DNA from: Blastopirellula marina
Lineage (GTDB): Bacteria > Planctomycetota > Planctomycetia > Pirellulales > Thermoguttaceae
Reading direction: 5' to 3'
Length of the DNA: 31,094 nt
Assembly: GCA_020721945.1 (NCBI GenBank)
Contig: DYLT01000018.1
Span: 1-31,094, forward strand
Both the position numbers and the translations under genes were made by a program. The notes beneath the pieces are model-generated. The model worked only from the letters and a program-made list of their open reading frames with translations, had not been told where the DNA came from and ran no database searches. Shown one piece after another: positions 1 to 9,102 of this stretch; position 1 is the first letter of the stretch, and each line of letters begins with the position of its first letter.

Positions 1-1212
1 GAGCGGCTCGGCGGCGTGCCCATCGTCGTCATGACCGCCTATGGCGACCTGTCGATCGCCGTCGAGGCCGTGCGCAAAGGCGCCTTCGACTACCTCGTCA
101 AACCCTTCGAACTGGGTGTGGTCGAACGCGCGATCCAACGGGCGTTCGTGGCGCGGGAAGCGTCGGGAGCACCAGGCGCTTCGCCCGAGAACGGTTCTCC
201 CGAAGGACGCATCGTCGGTTCGTCCAAGGCCATGCAGGAGGTGTTCAAACGGATCGCGGTCGTGGCGCCCACGACGGCGTGCGTCCACCTTCGGGGCGAA
301 AGCGGCACCGGCAAGGAACTGGTCGCCCGCGCGATCCATCGGTTCAGCCGCCGGGCGAGCGGACCGTTCATCGCGGTGAACATCGCGGCGCTCAGCCCGT
401 CGTTGGCCGAGAGCGAGCTATTCGGGCACGCCCGCGGAGCGTTCACCGGGGCCGACCGTCCGCACACCGGGCTCTTGGAGCGGGCGGACGGCGGGACGCT
501 GTTCCTCGACGAGGTGGCCGACATCCCGCTGGCGCTCCAGGTGAAGCTCCTCCGCGTCCTCGAATACGGCGAGGTCCTGCCCGTCGGTGGCGCCAAGCCC
601 GTTCGCTGCGACTTCCGCGTGATCTCGGCCACGCACCAGAACCTGTACCAGCGGGTAGGCGAGGGGGTTTTTCGGCATGACCTGTATTTTCGTCTGGTGA
701 CGTTCGAGATCGAGATTCCCCCGCTTCGCCAACGGTCCGAGGACATCGGCGAGCTGACCGACTACTTTCTCGAGGCGCTGGCGGCCCGGAATGGGTGTTC
801 TCGCCCTCCCGTGCCCGACTCGACGCACCACGTGCTCCAACAGCGCGCGTGGTGGGGCAACGTGCGCGAGTTGCGCAACGCGCTGGAACACGCGATGATC
901 CTTGCCCGAGGTGGTCCACTGCTGCCGGAGCATCTTCCACCCCCCATGCCGCCCACCGTCTCCGGTGCCGGTTGCGACGAGATGCTCGCTTCGATGGTCG
1001 GTCGCTGGACCGAGGCGGAACTCCAACGGAATCCAGACCGGGTCGATCTGCATCAACGGCTTCTCGAGATCGTCGAACCGCCGTTGTTCGAGGCGGTCTT
1101 GGAACGGCATCACGGTCAGTATCTGGCGGCCGCTCGGCAACTGGGGCTCCACCGGGTGACGCTCAAAAAGAAGATCGACGAGGTTCTCAAGAAAAGGTCG
1201 ATTCGCCTCTAG
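1..1212 (+). CDS. Sigma-54-dependent response regulator (NtrC/AtoC family), 5'-partial. The window starts inside the receiver domain.
   Basis: Frame 1 is open from base 1, so the N-terminus lies upstream of the window. C-terminal part of a receiver domain ([32 protein letters not shown]). AAA+ sigma54-interaction domain with Walker [22 protein letters not shown] motif and LFLDEV Walker B. C-terminal Fis-type HTH ([17 protein letters not shown]). Stop at 1210-1212. Confidence 0.85.
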   Translation, partial: ERLGGVPIVVMTAYGDLSIAVEAVRKGAFDYLVKPFELGVVERAIQRAFVAREASGAPGASPENGSPEGRIVGSSKAMQEVFKRIAVVAPTTACVHLRGESGTGKELVARAIHRFSRRASGPFIAVNIAALSPSLAESELFGHARGAFTGADRPHTGLLERADGGTLFLDEVADIPLALQVKLLRVLEYGEVLPVGGAKPVRCDFRVISATHQNLYQRVGEGVFRHDLYFRLVTFEIEIPPLRQRSEDIGELTDYFLEALAARNGCSRPPVPDSTHHVLQQRAWWGNVRELRNALEHAMILARGGPLLPEHLPPPMPPTVSGAGCDEMLASMVGRWTEAELQRNPDRVDLHQRLLEIVEPPLFEAVLERHHGQYLAAARQLGLHRVTLKKKIDEVLKKRSIRL

Positions 1213-1334
1213 AATTTCGCCAGCCCACGTGGCAATATTCAGGACCTGGGTGGAATGGCGGCGGCCTTGCGCGTCCCACGGTTTGGCGGGGCATGCTTTC
1301 TGGCCCGTCGTCAACCCAAAAAGCCAGGACAGCC

Positions 1335-2276
1335 ATGAACGATATGAAAGTCTTCAGCGGACGAGCGAACCCCGAGTTTGCCCAGAAGATGTGCGACTAC
1401 CTGGGGATTCCCCTCGGAAGAGTTACTCTTGGAAACTTTCCGGACGGGGAAATCTCGTGCAAGATCGAGGAGGACATCCGCGGGCGCGACATCTTCATCG
1501 TTCAGCCCACGTGCACGCCGGTCAACGAGAACCTGATGGAGCTGTTGATCATGATCGACAGCTTCAAGCGTGCCAGCGCCGAGCGGATCACGGCGGTAGT
1601 TCCCTATTTTGGCTATGCCAGACAAGACCGAAAGGACGAGGGCCGTGTGCCGATTACGGCCAAGCTCGCGGCCAACCTGATCACCCGCGCGGGCGCGGAT
1701 CGGCTTCTGGCCATGGACCTCCACGCGGCCCAGATCCAAGGTTTCTTCGACATCCCGGTCGACCATTTGTTCGCGGCCCCGGTGATCGATCACTATTTCG
1801 CGGAAAAAGGCTTCCACGATGATGATGTGGTGATTGTCAGCCCGGACGAGGGGAGCATCAAGCGGGTGCTCAAGCATGTTGCGCGTCTTGGGGGGAAGCT
1901 GGCGATCGTGGACAAGCGCCGGATCGGCGGCACGACCAAGCAAGCGAACCTCATAGGTGCCCCGATCGAGGGGAAAGTCGCTCTGATCTTCGACGACATG
2001 ATCAGCACGGGGAGTTCCATTACGGGGGCTGCGGCGATGGTGGCTGACGCGGGGGCTCGCGAGATTTATCTCGCAGCGACCCATGGTATTCTGTGTGGGC
2101 CGGCCCCCGAGCGGCTCCTGCGGTCGCCCGCCCGGGAAGTCGTCATCACCGACACGATTCCCCTGACGCCCGAAAGGGCGATCCCCAAGATCAAGGTCTT
2201 GTCGGTGGCGTCGTTGTTGGGGGAGGCGGTCAAGCGGATCCACCGCAACGAATCGGTCAGCCGGCTGTTCAACTGA
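1335..2276 (+). CDS. prs: Ribose-phosphate pyrophosphokinase (PRPP synthetase)
   Basis: MNDMKVFSGRANPEFAQKMCDYLGIPLG...DGEISCKIEEDIRGRDIFIVQPTC...YFGYARQDRKD...LIFDDMISTGSS are hallmark Prs motifs (PRPP-binding loop DDMISTG). ATG at 1335 lies in frame inside the longer track ORF 795..2276, preceded by AGGACA. Confidence 0.9.
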   Translation: MNDMKVFSGRANPEFAQKMCDYLGIPLGRVTLGNFPDGEISCKIEEDIRGRDIFIVQPTCTPVNENLMELLIMIDSFKRASAERITAVVPYFGYARQDRKDEGRVPITAKLAANLITRAGADRLLAMDLHAAQIQGFFDIPVDHLFAAPVIDHYFAEKGFHDDDVVIVSPDEGSIKRVLKHVARLGGKLAIVDKRRIGGTTKQANLIGAPIEGKVALIFDDMISTGSSITGAAAMVADAGAREIYLAATHGILCGPAPERLLRSPAREVVITDTIPLTPERAIPKIKVLSVASLLGEAVKRIHRNESVSRLFN

Positions 2277-2364
2277 AAACCGACCGCGTGGGGTTGAAAT
2301 CCGCCCGGATTCCAGGACAATAAGTGGTTTGTTCCCCAGGCGGCCGTCAGCAACTGAGGACATC

Positions 2365-2994
2365 ATGGCGGAAGTACTGCACGTAGAAGTCCGCGAGACC
2401 CGGGGGAAACGCGACGCCCGGCGACAACGGCGCGCGGGCAAGATTCCCGCGGTCTTGTATGGACATGGCCGGGAGACGCTCAGCCTTACCCTTTCGGGGG
2501 ATGAGTTCGACGCCGCGCTGCGGCATGGGGCGCGGTTGGTCCGATTGACCGGTGCCGTGGACGAGCAGGCGTTCGTCCGCGAATTGCAGTGGGACACTTG
2601 GGGTACCCACGTCTTGCACGTCGATTTTACCCGGGTTTCCGAGCACGAGCGGGTGCGGGTCGAGGTGCCGGTGGAATTGCGGGGCGAGGCCCCGGGGGTC
2701 AAGGCCGGCGGCGTGGTGAAACAAGCGATCCATCAGATCGAGATCGAGTGCGAGGCCACGGCCATTCCCGACAAGATCCACGTCAGCATCAACCGGCTGG
2801 AACTGGGCCAACAAATTACGGTCGGCCAGATCGAGCTGCCCCCGACGGTCAAGATCCTCGCGGATCCCATCGAGTTGGTCGTGGAATGCCACGAACCCGT
2901 GGAAGTCGCGGAAGAGGCCGCTGCCCCGGTCGAGGGCGAACCCGAGGTCATTGGCCGCAAGAAGGAAGAAGGAGAGGAGGAAACCGAGGAATAA
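2365..2994 (+). CDS. rplY: 50S ribosomal protein L25 / general stress protein Ctc
   Basis: MAEVLHVEVRETRGKRDARRQRRAGKIPAVLYGHGRE... is typical of the L25/Ctc N-terminal beta-barrel. Acidic C-terminal tail (EEGEEETEE). ATG 2365 is preceded by GAGGACATC. prs-ctc-pth gene order is conserved. Confidence 0.85.
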   Translation: MAEVLHVEVRETRGKRDARRQRRAGKIPAVLYGHGRETLSLTLSGDEFDAALRHGARLVRLTGAVDEQAFVRELQWDTWGTHVLHVDFTRVSEHERVRVEVPVELRGEAPGVKAGGVVKQAIHQIEIECEATAIPDKIHVSINRLELGQQITVGQIELPPTVKILADPIELVVECHEPVEVAEEAAAPVEGEPEVIGRKKEEGEEETEE

Positions 2995-3069
2995 CAACGA
3001 GTTCGAGGTCGTCGGGTGCGGTGGTTATGGCGTTGGTTCCGGCGCGCCGAGACCGAGGGGCCCCCTCCA

Positions 3070-3627
3070 ATGAAACTGGTCGTTGGATTGGGCAATCCCG
3101 GGCGCAAGTACGAGGCGACGCGGCACAACCTGGGGTACCGGGTGGTGGCCGAACTGGCCAAGCGGCACGGCGGATCCCGACCACGTCAGCGCTTTCGCGG
3201 GGAAACCGTCGATGTGGACTTGGGCGGTGTCAGGACACTGCTTCTGAGTCCCACGACCTATATGAACCACAGCGGCGCTAGCGTGTTGGAAGCCCGCGAC
3301 TTCTTCAAGTTGCCGTGCCAGGACCTCTTGGTGGTGTGCGACGACTTGAGCCTTCCCGTGGGAAGACTGCGGTTTCGGGCCTCGGGATCGTCGGGCGGCC
3401 AGAAGGGGTTGGAAGACATCATTCGGCGACTGGGAACCGAGGATTTCCCCCGATTGCGCATAGGAATTGGTTCGCCCCCGCCCGGCTGGGACGCGGCCGA
3501 TTTCGTCCTGAGCCGGTTCGCCGAATCCGACGCGGCGCGGATCGAGGAGGCGGTTCTCCGGGCGGCCGACGCCGTGGCCGACTGGGTCCGCCACGGGATC
3601 GAGTTCTGCATGAACCGTTACAATTGA
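3070..3627 (+). CDS. pth: Peptidyl-tRNA hydrolase
   Basis: MKLVVGLGNPGRKYEATRHNLGY...LLVVCDDLSLPVGRLRFRASGSSGGQKGL carries the Pth signature (GLGNPG, catalytic His in TRHN, D in CDDL). ATG at 3070 inside track ORF 3016..3627. Confidence 0.85.
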   Translation: MKLVVGLGNPGRKYEATRHNLGYRVVAELAKRHGGSRPRQRFRGETVDVDLGGVRTLLLSPTTYMNHSGASVLEARDFFKLPCQDLLVVCDDLSLPVGRLRFRASGSSGGQKGLEDIIRRLGTEDFPRLRIGIGSPPPGWDAADFVLSRFAESDAARIEEAVLRAADAVADWVRHGIEFCMNRYN

Positions 3628-3648
3628 ATCAGCACGAGGAGCAACACC

Positions 3649-4077
3649 TTGCCAGCCAATGTCTATGAGGGGATGTTCATTTTGGATTCGAACCGCTTCG
3701 CGCGCGATCCGGAGGGGGTCTCGGGCCAGATCCCGAAGATGATCCGAGAGGCTGGCGGCGAAGTGCTGGTCAGCCGACTTTGGGAAGAGCGGCGATTGGC
3801 GTATCCCATCCGGGGGCACCGGAAAGGCACGTACTGGCTTACCTATGTTCGTTTGGAGGGAGGGGCGCTTTCGGCGCTAAAGCATCGTTTCCAACTCAGC
3901 GAGAGCATCCTCCGCTCGCTGTTTGTCAAAGTGGATCCGCGGATCGTCGACACGTTGGTGCAACACGCCCTGGCAGGCCCGGCGGCCCTGGCCGCCCAGC
4001 ACCAAGCGCCCGAGGCCCGCCCCGCCGCTCCCGAAGCCGCCCCCCTCGAGAAAGAGGCGGTGGTCGAGCAAGGGTAG
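3649..4077 (+). CDS. rpsF: 30S ribosomal protein S6 with Ala/Pro/Glu-rich C-terminal extension
   Basis: NVYEGMFILDSN...RRLAYPIRGHRKGTYWLTYV aligns with S6 (RHYEIVFMV...RRQLAYPINK...). TTG start at 3649 with AGGAG 8 nt upstream; an alternative ATG lies at 3673. Followed by ssb as in the canonical rpsF-ssb arrangement. Confidence 0.8.
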   Translation: MPANVYEGMFILDSNRFARDPEGVSGQIPKMIREAGGEVLVSRLWEERRLAYPIRGHRKGTYWLTYVRLEGGALSALKHRFQLSESILRSLFVKVDPRIVDTLVQHALAGPAALAAQHQAPEARPAAPEAAPLEKEAVVEQG

Positions 4078-4191
4078 CGTGAGTCCGGTGGCCGTTGGGC
4101 AGCCTGCTTGCACCCGGCAAGGCGATCTGCTAGCGTGGAAGGCGTGGCCGGTAGTATACAGATGTAGATGGTCGCAGGGGAACCAACTGGC

Positions 4192-4671
4192 ATGGCGAGC
4201 TACAACCGCGTGGTCTTGATGGGCAACCTGACCCGGGATCCGAACCTTCGGTTCCTGCCCAGTGGCATGGCCGTTTGCGAGCTGGGCTTGGCGGTCAACG
4301 ACCGCCGGAAGAATGCGTCGGGCGAGTGGGTCGACGAGCCGACCTTTGTCGATGTCACGTTGTTCGACCGCCAGGCGGAAACGGCGGGCGAATACCTGAC
4401 CAAGGGGTCGCCGGTGCTGATCGAGGGGCGATTGAAGATGGACCGGTGGCAGGACAAGAACGACGGCCAAATGCGGACCAAACTGAAAGTCAACGGCGAC
4501 CGATTGGTGCTCCTCGGCGGTCGTCCCGGCTCCGGCGGGGAGGGCGGCGCGCCGTCCCCGAGGCCGGCGGCGCGCCGCGAAACCCCATATTCGCAGCCGG
4601 TGTCGGCTCCGGAGGAAGTGGAGCCACCGCCGCCGCCGGGTGCCCCCCAGGGAGACGACATCCCCTTCTGA
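4192..4671 (+). CDS. ssb: Single-stranded DNA-binding protein
   Basis: MASYNRVVLMGNLTRDPNLRFLPSGMAVCELGLAVN is the OB-fold N-terminus. Gly/Pro-rich linker and canonical C-terminal acidic tip ...GDDIPF. An alternative in-frame ATG lies at 4168. Confidence 0.85.
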   Translation: MASYNRVVLMGNLTRDPNLRFLPSGMAVCELGLAVNDRRKNASGEWVDEPTFVDVTLFDRQAETAGEYLTKGSPVLIEGRLKMDRWQDKNDGQMRTKLKVNGDRLVLLGGRPGSGGEGGAPSPRPAARRETPYSQPVSAPEEVEPPPPPGAPQGDDIPF

Positions 4672-4784
4672 CATTCGATCCTTTCGCCCGCCGGACGTCC
4701 TCGGCTTCGTGGCCCGTCTCCTCGGAGGTCCAAGACGCCGGCGCGGCCTTGCGAACCGATCTGCCATCGAAGGACGACGACATC

Positions 4785-5348
4785 ATGTCCAAGACCAAAA
4801 ATCCTTCTTCCAAGCGTGCCGCGCTGGGCCGCGCCAAGCGGCTTCCCCGCGGTCCTCACGGCGGTATCCAGCTCTTGTTGGTGCAATCCGTCGAGCACCT
4901 GGGCAAGCAGGGCGACGTGGTCGAGGTCAAGCCGGGTTACGCCGTGAACTACTTGTTGCCGCAAGGCCTGGCGACCGTCGCCACCGACCATCACAAGCGC
5001 ATGGTCGAGAAGCACAAGGCGCGGCTCGCCGAGATCCAGAAGGCCCGGCTGAAGGGGCTTCAGGAAATGGCCGACAACCTGGCCAAGCAGAGCATCACGA
5101 TCGAGGCCAACGCGAACGAGGAAGGGCACCTGTACGGCTCGGTCGGCCCGGTGGACATTGCCAACGCACTCAAGAAGATCGGCATGACGATCATGCCGGA
5201 CCAGGTGCGGCTCCAGGGCCCGCTCAAGGAACTGGGCCTCTACACGGTGAAGATCCACCTCGGCCAGGACATCGTCGGCGACCTGAAGGTCTGGGTCGTG
5301 CCGTCGATGACCGAAGAACCGCCGGCGGCTCCGGAAGCCAAGTCCTAG
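4785..5348 (+). CDS. rplI: 50S ribosomal protein L9 with ~27-aa basic N-terminal extension
   Basis: IQLLLVQSVEHLGKQGDVVEVKPGYAVNYLLPQGLA matches the L9 N-domain (MQVILL...GDxVxVKxGYARNFLxPxGxA). The C-domain is also present. ATG 4785 is in frame within track ORF 4275..5348 and is preceded by GGACGACGACATC. Confidence 0.85.
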   Translation: MSKTKNPSSKRAALGRAKRLPRGPHGGIQLLLVQSVEHLGKQGDVVEVKPGYAVNYLLPQGLATVATDHHKRMVEKHKARLAEIQKARLKGLQEMADNLAKQSITIEANANEEGHLYGSVGPVDIANALKKIGMTIMPDQVRLQGPLKELGLYTVKIHLGQDIVGDLKVWVVPSMTEEPPAAPEAKS

Positions 5349-5388
5349 CGGCCAGCGGTCCCGTCCGTCGTTTTTTGCAAGGGAGGGC

Positions 5389-6813
5389 ATGGCCATGGTG
5401 GGCGCGCGGGTCGATGGCGCGCACGCGGCCGAACGCGTGCCTTCGGAGATTCTCGATCGGCTGCCTCCGCACAACCTCGAGGCCGAACGAGGCGTCTTGG
5501 GGAGCATCCTGCTCGATCCGAGCCTCTGCGACGATGTGGTGCTGGTCTTGCGCCCCGAGGATTTCTACGCCGATCCCCACCGCCGGCTTTTCGGCCACAT
5601 GGTGGCCATGCACGACGAGGGGAAGCGGATCGACGCGACCTTGATCGTCGAGCGCCTCAAGCAGAAGGGCGACTTCGAGGCCGTGGGCGGGGCAGCCTAC
5701 CTGGCCGAGATCATCCACAGCGTGCCCGTGGCGGCCCACGCCCTCTATTACGCGAACATCGTCCGCGACAAGGCGATGCTCCGCGACCTGATCCACGCCA
5801 GCACGGCCATTCTGCGCGACGCCTACGACCCCACCCTCGACCCCCAGGACCTGGTCAGCCGCTCCGAAGAGCGGATTTTCGCGGTTCACGACCAGCGGTC
5901 CAACGATCAGGTGGCCTCGATCAACGACGTCCTGCTCAAGGCGTTCGACGAGATCGACCGGCGCATGCAAGGGGGCGCGGCGGGCGTGCCCACGGGGTTC
6001 ACCGATCTGGACGAACTGACCGGCGGGCTCCATCCGTCGGAGTTGATCATCCTGGCGGCGCGACCCAGCATGGGCAAGACCGCGTTGGCGCTGAACATCG
6101 CCGAGAACGTGGCGGTCAAGGCCCAGGTGCCCACGCTGTTCGTCAGCCTGGAGATGTCGCGCCAGGAACTGGCCCAACGGATGCTGTGCTCGCGCGGCAA
6201 GATCAATGGCCGGAAGTTCCGCAGCTCGTTCCTCTCGGCGGAGGACCGCAGCAAGCTGGTCGAGGCCTCGTCGATCCTCAGCAAGGCCCCGTTGTACATC
6301 GACGACTCGCCGAGCCGCACGGTCACCGAGATCGCGGCTTGCGCGCGGCGGCTGAAGCGCAAGGCCAGCCTGGGCTTCGTGGCGATCGACTACCTCCAGT
6401 TGATCGAGCCCGACAACCCCAAGGACCCGCGCCAGGAGCAGGTGGCCAAGATCGCGCGGCGGTTGAAAGGCATGGCCCGCGAACTGAACCTGCCCGTCTT
6501 GTGCCTGGCCCAATTGAACCGCCAGGCCGAGGTCGCGCGCGAGAACCGGCCCAAGCTGAGCCATCTGCGCGAGTCGGGGGCCATCGAGCAAGACGCCGAC
6601 GTGGTGATGTTCATCCACCGGGAGGAGTACGGCCTTTCGCCCGAGGAAGCTCAGGAGCAGAACGTCGTTGGCAAGGCCGAATTGATCGTCGCCAAGCAGC
6701 GCAACGGCCCGACCGACGACGTGCCCCTCGTCTGGCGCAAGGAGTACACCACGTTCGAAAACGCCGCGACAAAGCCGTACGACGAGTTTGCGCCGTTCGA
6801 CGGCGGCTTCTAG
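5389..6813 (+). CDS. dnaB: Replicative DNA helicase DnaB (no intein)
   Basis: N-terminal domain (PHNLEAERGVLGSILLDP). Walker A ARPSMGKTALALNIA, LEMSRQEL, IAIDYLQLIE and RecA-like C-domain. rplI-dnaB adjacency is widespread. 474 aa, continuous. Confidence 0.9.
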   Translation: MAMVGARVDGAHAAERVPSEILDRLPPHNLEAERGVLGSILLDPSLCDDVVLVLRPEDFYADPHRRLFGHMVAMHDEGKRIDATLIVERLKQKGDFEAVGGAAYLAEIIHSVPVAAHALYYANIVRDKAMLRDLIHASTAILRDAYDPTLDPQDLVSRSEERIFAVHDQRSNDQVASINDVLLKAFDEIDRRMQGGAAGVPTGFTDLDELTGGLHPSELIILAARPSMGKTALALNIAENVAVKAQVPTLFVSLEMSRQELAQRMLCSRGKINGRKFRSSFLSAEDRSKLVEASSILSKAPLYIDDSPSRTVTEIAACARRLKRKASLGFVAIDYLQLIEPDNPKDPRQEQVAKIARRLKGMARELNLPVLCLAQLNRQAEVARENRPKLSHLRESGAIEQDADVVMFIHREEYGLSPEEAQEQNVVGKAELIVAKQRNGPTDDVPLVWRKEYTTFENAATKPYDEFAPFDGGF

Positions 6814-6853
6814 CGCCGGCCGCCTTTGGGCTCCGATGCCCGGCCACGGGCCC

Positions 6854-9022
6854 TCAGTCGTTCCGCGCTTGGCGGTCGGCCTGGACGGCTTGGGCGGGCG
6901 GGGCGCCGTGGAAGGCCAATTGGAGGTAATCCACGCTGATCGCCAACGCCTCGTCGAGGTAGTGATCGCGCTTGATCTCCTTGCCGCCCGATTCCTGAAG
7001 CTCCTCGAGTTGTTTCTCGTCCTCGCGGTCAGCGTTCAGTTCCGCCCGCTCCGCCAGGAACTTCTCCTCGTTGAGCGAGACGAACTTCTTTTTCTTTTGT
7101 TCCTCGTAGCGGGCGATGTTCTTAAGGACCTTCCGGAACTCCTCGGACGAACGGATCCGCAGCGCCGACAATTCGCGGAGGCGTTCGACCAGGGCCTTGT
7201 TGACGTAGCCGAACTGCTGGTGCTCCTGCGGGGGAACCTGGTCGAACGGGATGGCATAATCGAGATCGGCCTCGGAGATGTCCGCGAGGTGCGAGGTGAT
7301 CGACGGCCACTCGATGTCGGCCAGCACGCCCCGTTTCTGGGTGCTGTCGCCGTCGGGGCGATAGAACTGCTGCATCGTAATTTTGAGGGCCCCGAGCTTG
7401 GGGGAGTTGGGCAGCCGGTAGAGTTCCTCGCCCACGTCGCGGAGGCTTTGCACGGTGCCCTTGCCGTGCGTCGCGTGGTCGCCCACGATCAAGCCCCGGC
7501 CGTAGTCCTGGATGGCACCGGCGAGGATCTCGCTGGCCGACGCGCTGAACTTGCTGATGAGCACGACCATGGGTCCCTTCCAGGCCATGCCGCTTTCGAC
7601 GTCGGGGTAGGGGTGGATTCGCCCGTCGGCGTCCTTGACTTGCACCACCGGCCCCTCGTCCAGGAACAAGCCGGTCAGGCTGATCGCCTCCTGGAGCGAG
7701 CCGCCGCCGTTGCGCCGCAGATCGAGCACCAACGCATCGACGCTTTGCCGGTGGAAATCCTCGAGGATGCGGCGCACGTCGCGCGTGGTGCTCTTGAAGT
7801 TCGGCAGCCCGGCCCGCGCGCCGTCCATATCCATGTAGAAGCTCGGCAGGTCGATCACGCCGATCCGATAGGGTTTCCCGTCGGGCCGCTTGCCCGCCTC
7901 GAACACCTTGCTGCGGGCTTCGCTATCCTTCAGTTCCACGGCGGCACGCGTGATCTCGACGATCTTGCGCTCTTTGCTCCGTCCGCGCATGATCTCCAGG
8001 CGGACCACGGTCCCCTTGGGACCGCGAATCAGCTTGACCACGTCCGAGAGCTTCATGTCGACGACGTCTTCGATCGGCCCGTCCTTGCCCTGACCCACGC
8101 CGATGATCTTGTCCTCGACCTTGATCCGACCGTCCTTCTCGGCCGGCCCGCCGGGAATCAGCTTGTTGACCACCGTGTAGCCGTCGACCGACTGAAGCGC
8201 GGCCCCGATCCCCTCGAGGTTCAATCGCATCTGGATGAGGAAGTTGTTGACCGTGTCGGCCGACATGTAGCTTGTGTGCGGGTCGAAGCTCGAACTGAGC
8301 GCGGTCAGATACATCTCCAACAGCTCGTCGTTGTCGGTCTGGTGCATGCGCCGCGCGAAATTGTGGTACCGCCGCTTCAGGCGATCGAGGGCCTCCTTGG
8401 CCTCGTCCTCCGGCGAGAGCCTCTCCTCGGGCTCCTGGCTGCCGGGCGCCGGGGCCTTGCGCGCCCGCTCGCGGTCCTTCTCCAGGCGGTCGGCCTTCAA
8501 CACCAAGAGGTCGTACTTGATGCGCTGGCGCCAGCGGTCGCGGGCCTCGGCCGGGTCCTTGGGGTGCTGCGCGGCGTCGCGGTCGATCAACAGTTCCTCG
8601 TCTAGGGTGAAATCGTGCGGCATGGCCAACAGCTCGTCGACCAGGGCCACCCGCTCGTCCACCCGCTTCAAGAACGTTTGGAACATCACGTACGCCAGGC
8701 CGACATCCCCCTTCTTGACGTTCTCGACCTCACCCCGCCGGGCCATGAACACGTCGACGTCCGACTGGTAGAAGTAGACCTTCATCGGGTCGAGCATTTT
8801 GACGAACTGGGTCACGCACCGCCGGGCAATCTCGTCATCCAGAGGATGCTTGGTCAGATGCTCCCTGCGCAAGAGCGAGGTCACGGTCTGCGTGATCGCC
8901 CGATCCTGGGCCCGGGGGCCTTCGGGATCCCCCCACGCCGCCGGCAACCAGACTGCGGTCAAAGCAAGGGCCACGAGCAGGCCGGCAAGCCGGCAAGAGG
9001 GCGGAAGCACACGGCGTCTCAT
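6854..9022 (-). CDS. prc: Tail-specific (C-terminal processing) protease, S41 family, Prc-type, secreted
   Basis: Signal peptide MRRRVLPPSCRLAGLLVALALTAVWLPAAWG. PDZ domain (GIGAALQ...VVNKLIPGGPAEKDGRIKVEDKIIGV). S41 catalytic region (VVLISKFSASASEILAGAIQDYGRGLIVGDHATHGKGTVQ). Start set at ATG 9022 (M198 of the 919-aa track ORF) because it carries the signal peptide and GAGGAA 7 nt upstream. The upstream 197 codons are Arg/Gly/Ala-rich open frame. Confidence 0.8.
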   Translation of the reverse strand: MRRRVLPPSCRLAGLLVALALTAVWLPAAWGDPEGPRAQDRAITQTVTSLLRREHLTKHPLDDEIARRCVTQFVKMLDPMKVYFYQSDVDVFMARRGEVENVKKGDVGLAYVMFQTFLKRVDERVALVDELLAMPHDFTLDEELLIDRDAAQHPKDPAEARDRWRQRIKYDLLVLKADRLEKDRERARKAPAPGSQEPEERLSPEDEAKEALDRLKRRYHNFARRMHQTDNDELLEMYLTALSSSFDPHTSYMSADTVNNFLIQMRLNLEGIGAALQSVDGYTVVNKLIPGGPAEKDGRIKVEDKIIGVGQGKDGPIEDVVDMKLSDVVKLIRGPKGTVVRLEIMRGRSKERKIVEITRAAVELKDSEARSKVFEAGKRPDGKPYRIGVIDLPSFYMDMDGARAGLPNFKSTTRDVRRILEDFHRQSVDALVLDLRRNGGGSLQEAISLTGLFLDEGPVVQVKDADGRIHPYPDVESGMAWKGPMVVLISKFSASASEILAGAIQDYGRGLIVGDHATHGKGTVQSLRDVGEELYRLPNSPKLGALKITMQQFYRPDGDSTQKRGVLADIEWPSITSHLADISEADLDYAIPFDQVPPQEHQQFGYVNKALVERLRELSALRIRSSEEFRKVLKNIARYEEQKKKKFVSLNEEKFLAERAELNADREDEKQLEELQESGGKEIKRDHYLDEALAISVDYLQLAFHGAPPAQAVQADRQARND

Positions 9023-9102
9023 CGACGATTCCTCAAGGGTGGAAGAGAACACGGCCGGAATCCTTGCGGGCCTGCGCCATAAGCTGCGCCACCGCAACGA
9101 GT

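Noticed and set aside
1213-1334. Sigma-54 (-24 GG / -12 GC, TGGCAC-N5-TTGCA) promoter search near the NtrC-family regulator and elsewhere in the window
   Set aside because: TGGCA occurrences (for example GTGGCAATATTCAGG at about 1229) lack the correctly spaced TTGC element. The regulator's target promoter is probably outside the window.
4672-4784. Looked for a hidden rpsR (S18) or other small gene between ssb and rplI
   Set aside because: The 113-bp spacer is too short for S18 (~75 aa), and no ORF with an RBS is present.
5389-6813. Checked DnaB for an intein, as mini-inteins occur in some bacterial DnaB genes
   Set aside because: 474 aa with contiguous helicase motifs and no insertion. No intein blocks (no Cys/Ser-initiated splicing motifs or HN terminal pair).
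6788-8605. 605-aa + strand ORF antisense to prc. Similar antisense ORFs cover almost every real gene in the window: 1311..2702 (prs), 3025..3819 (pth), 3877..4767 (rpsF/ssb), 4200..5507 (ssb/rplI), 5224..6618 (dnaB), 10043..11341 (PQQ gene), 16429..17793 (SNF2), 19238..20284 (SWIM gene), 20458..21420 (hydrolase gene), 23477..24625 (TIM barrel), 25158..26291 (oxidoreductase), 26865..28163 (TIM barrel) and 27353..30097 (flotillin).
   Set aside because: Each is antisense to a gene with strong family motifs. Their translations are compositionally biased (R/G/A/P/L/V) with no recognisable domains. Long antisense ORFs are expected when third-codon positions are G/C-rich.
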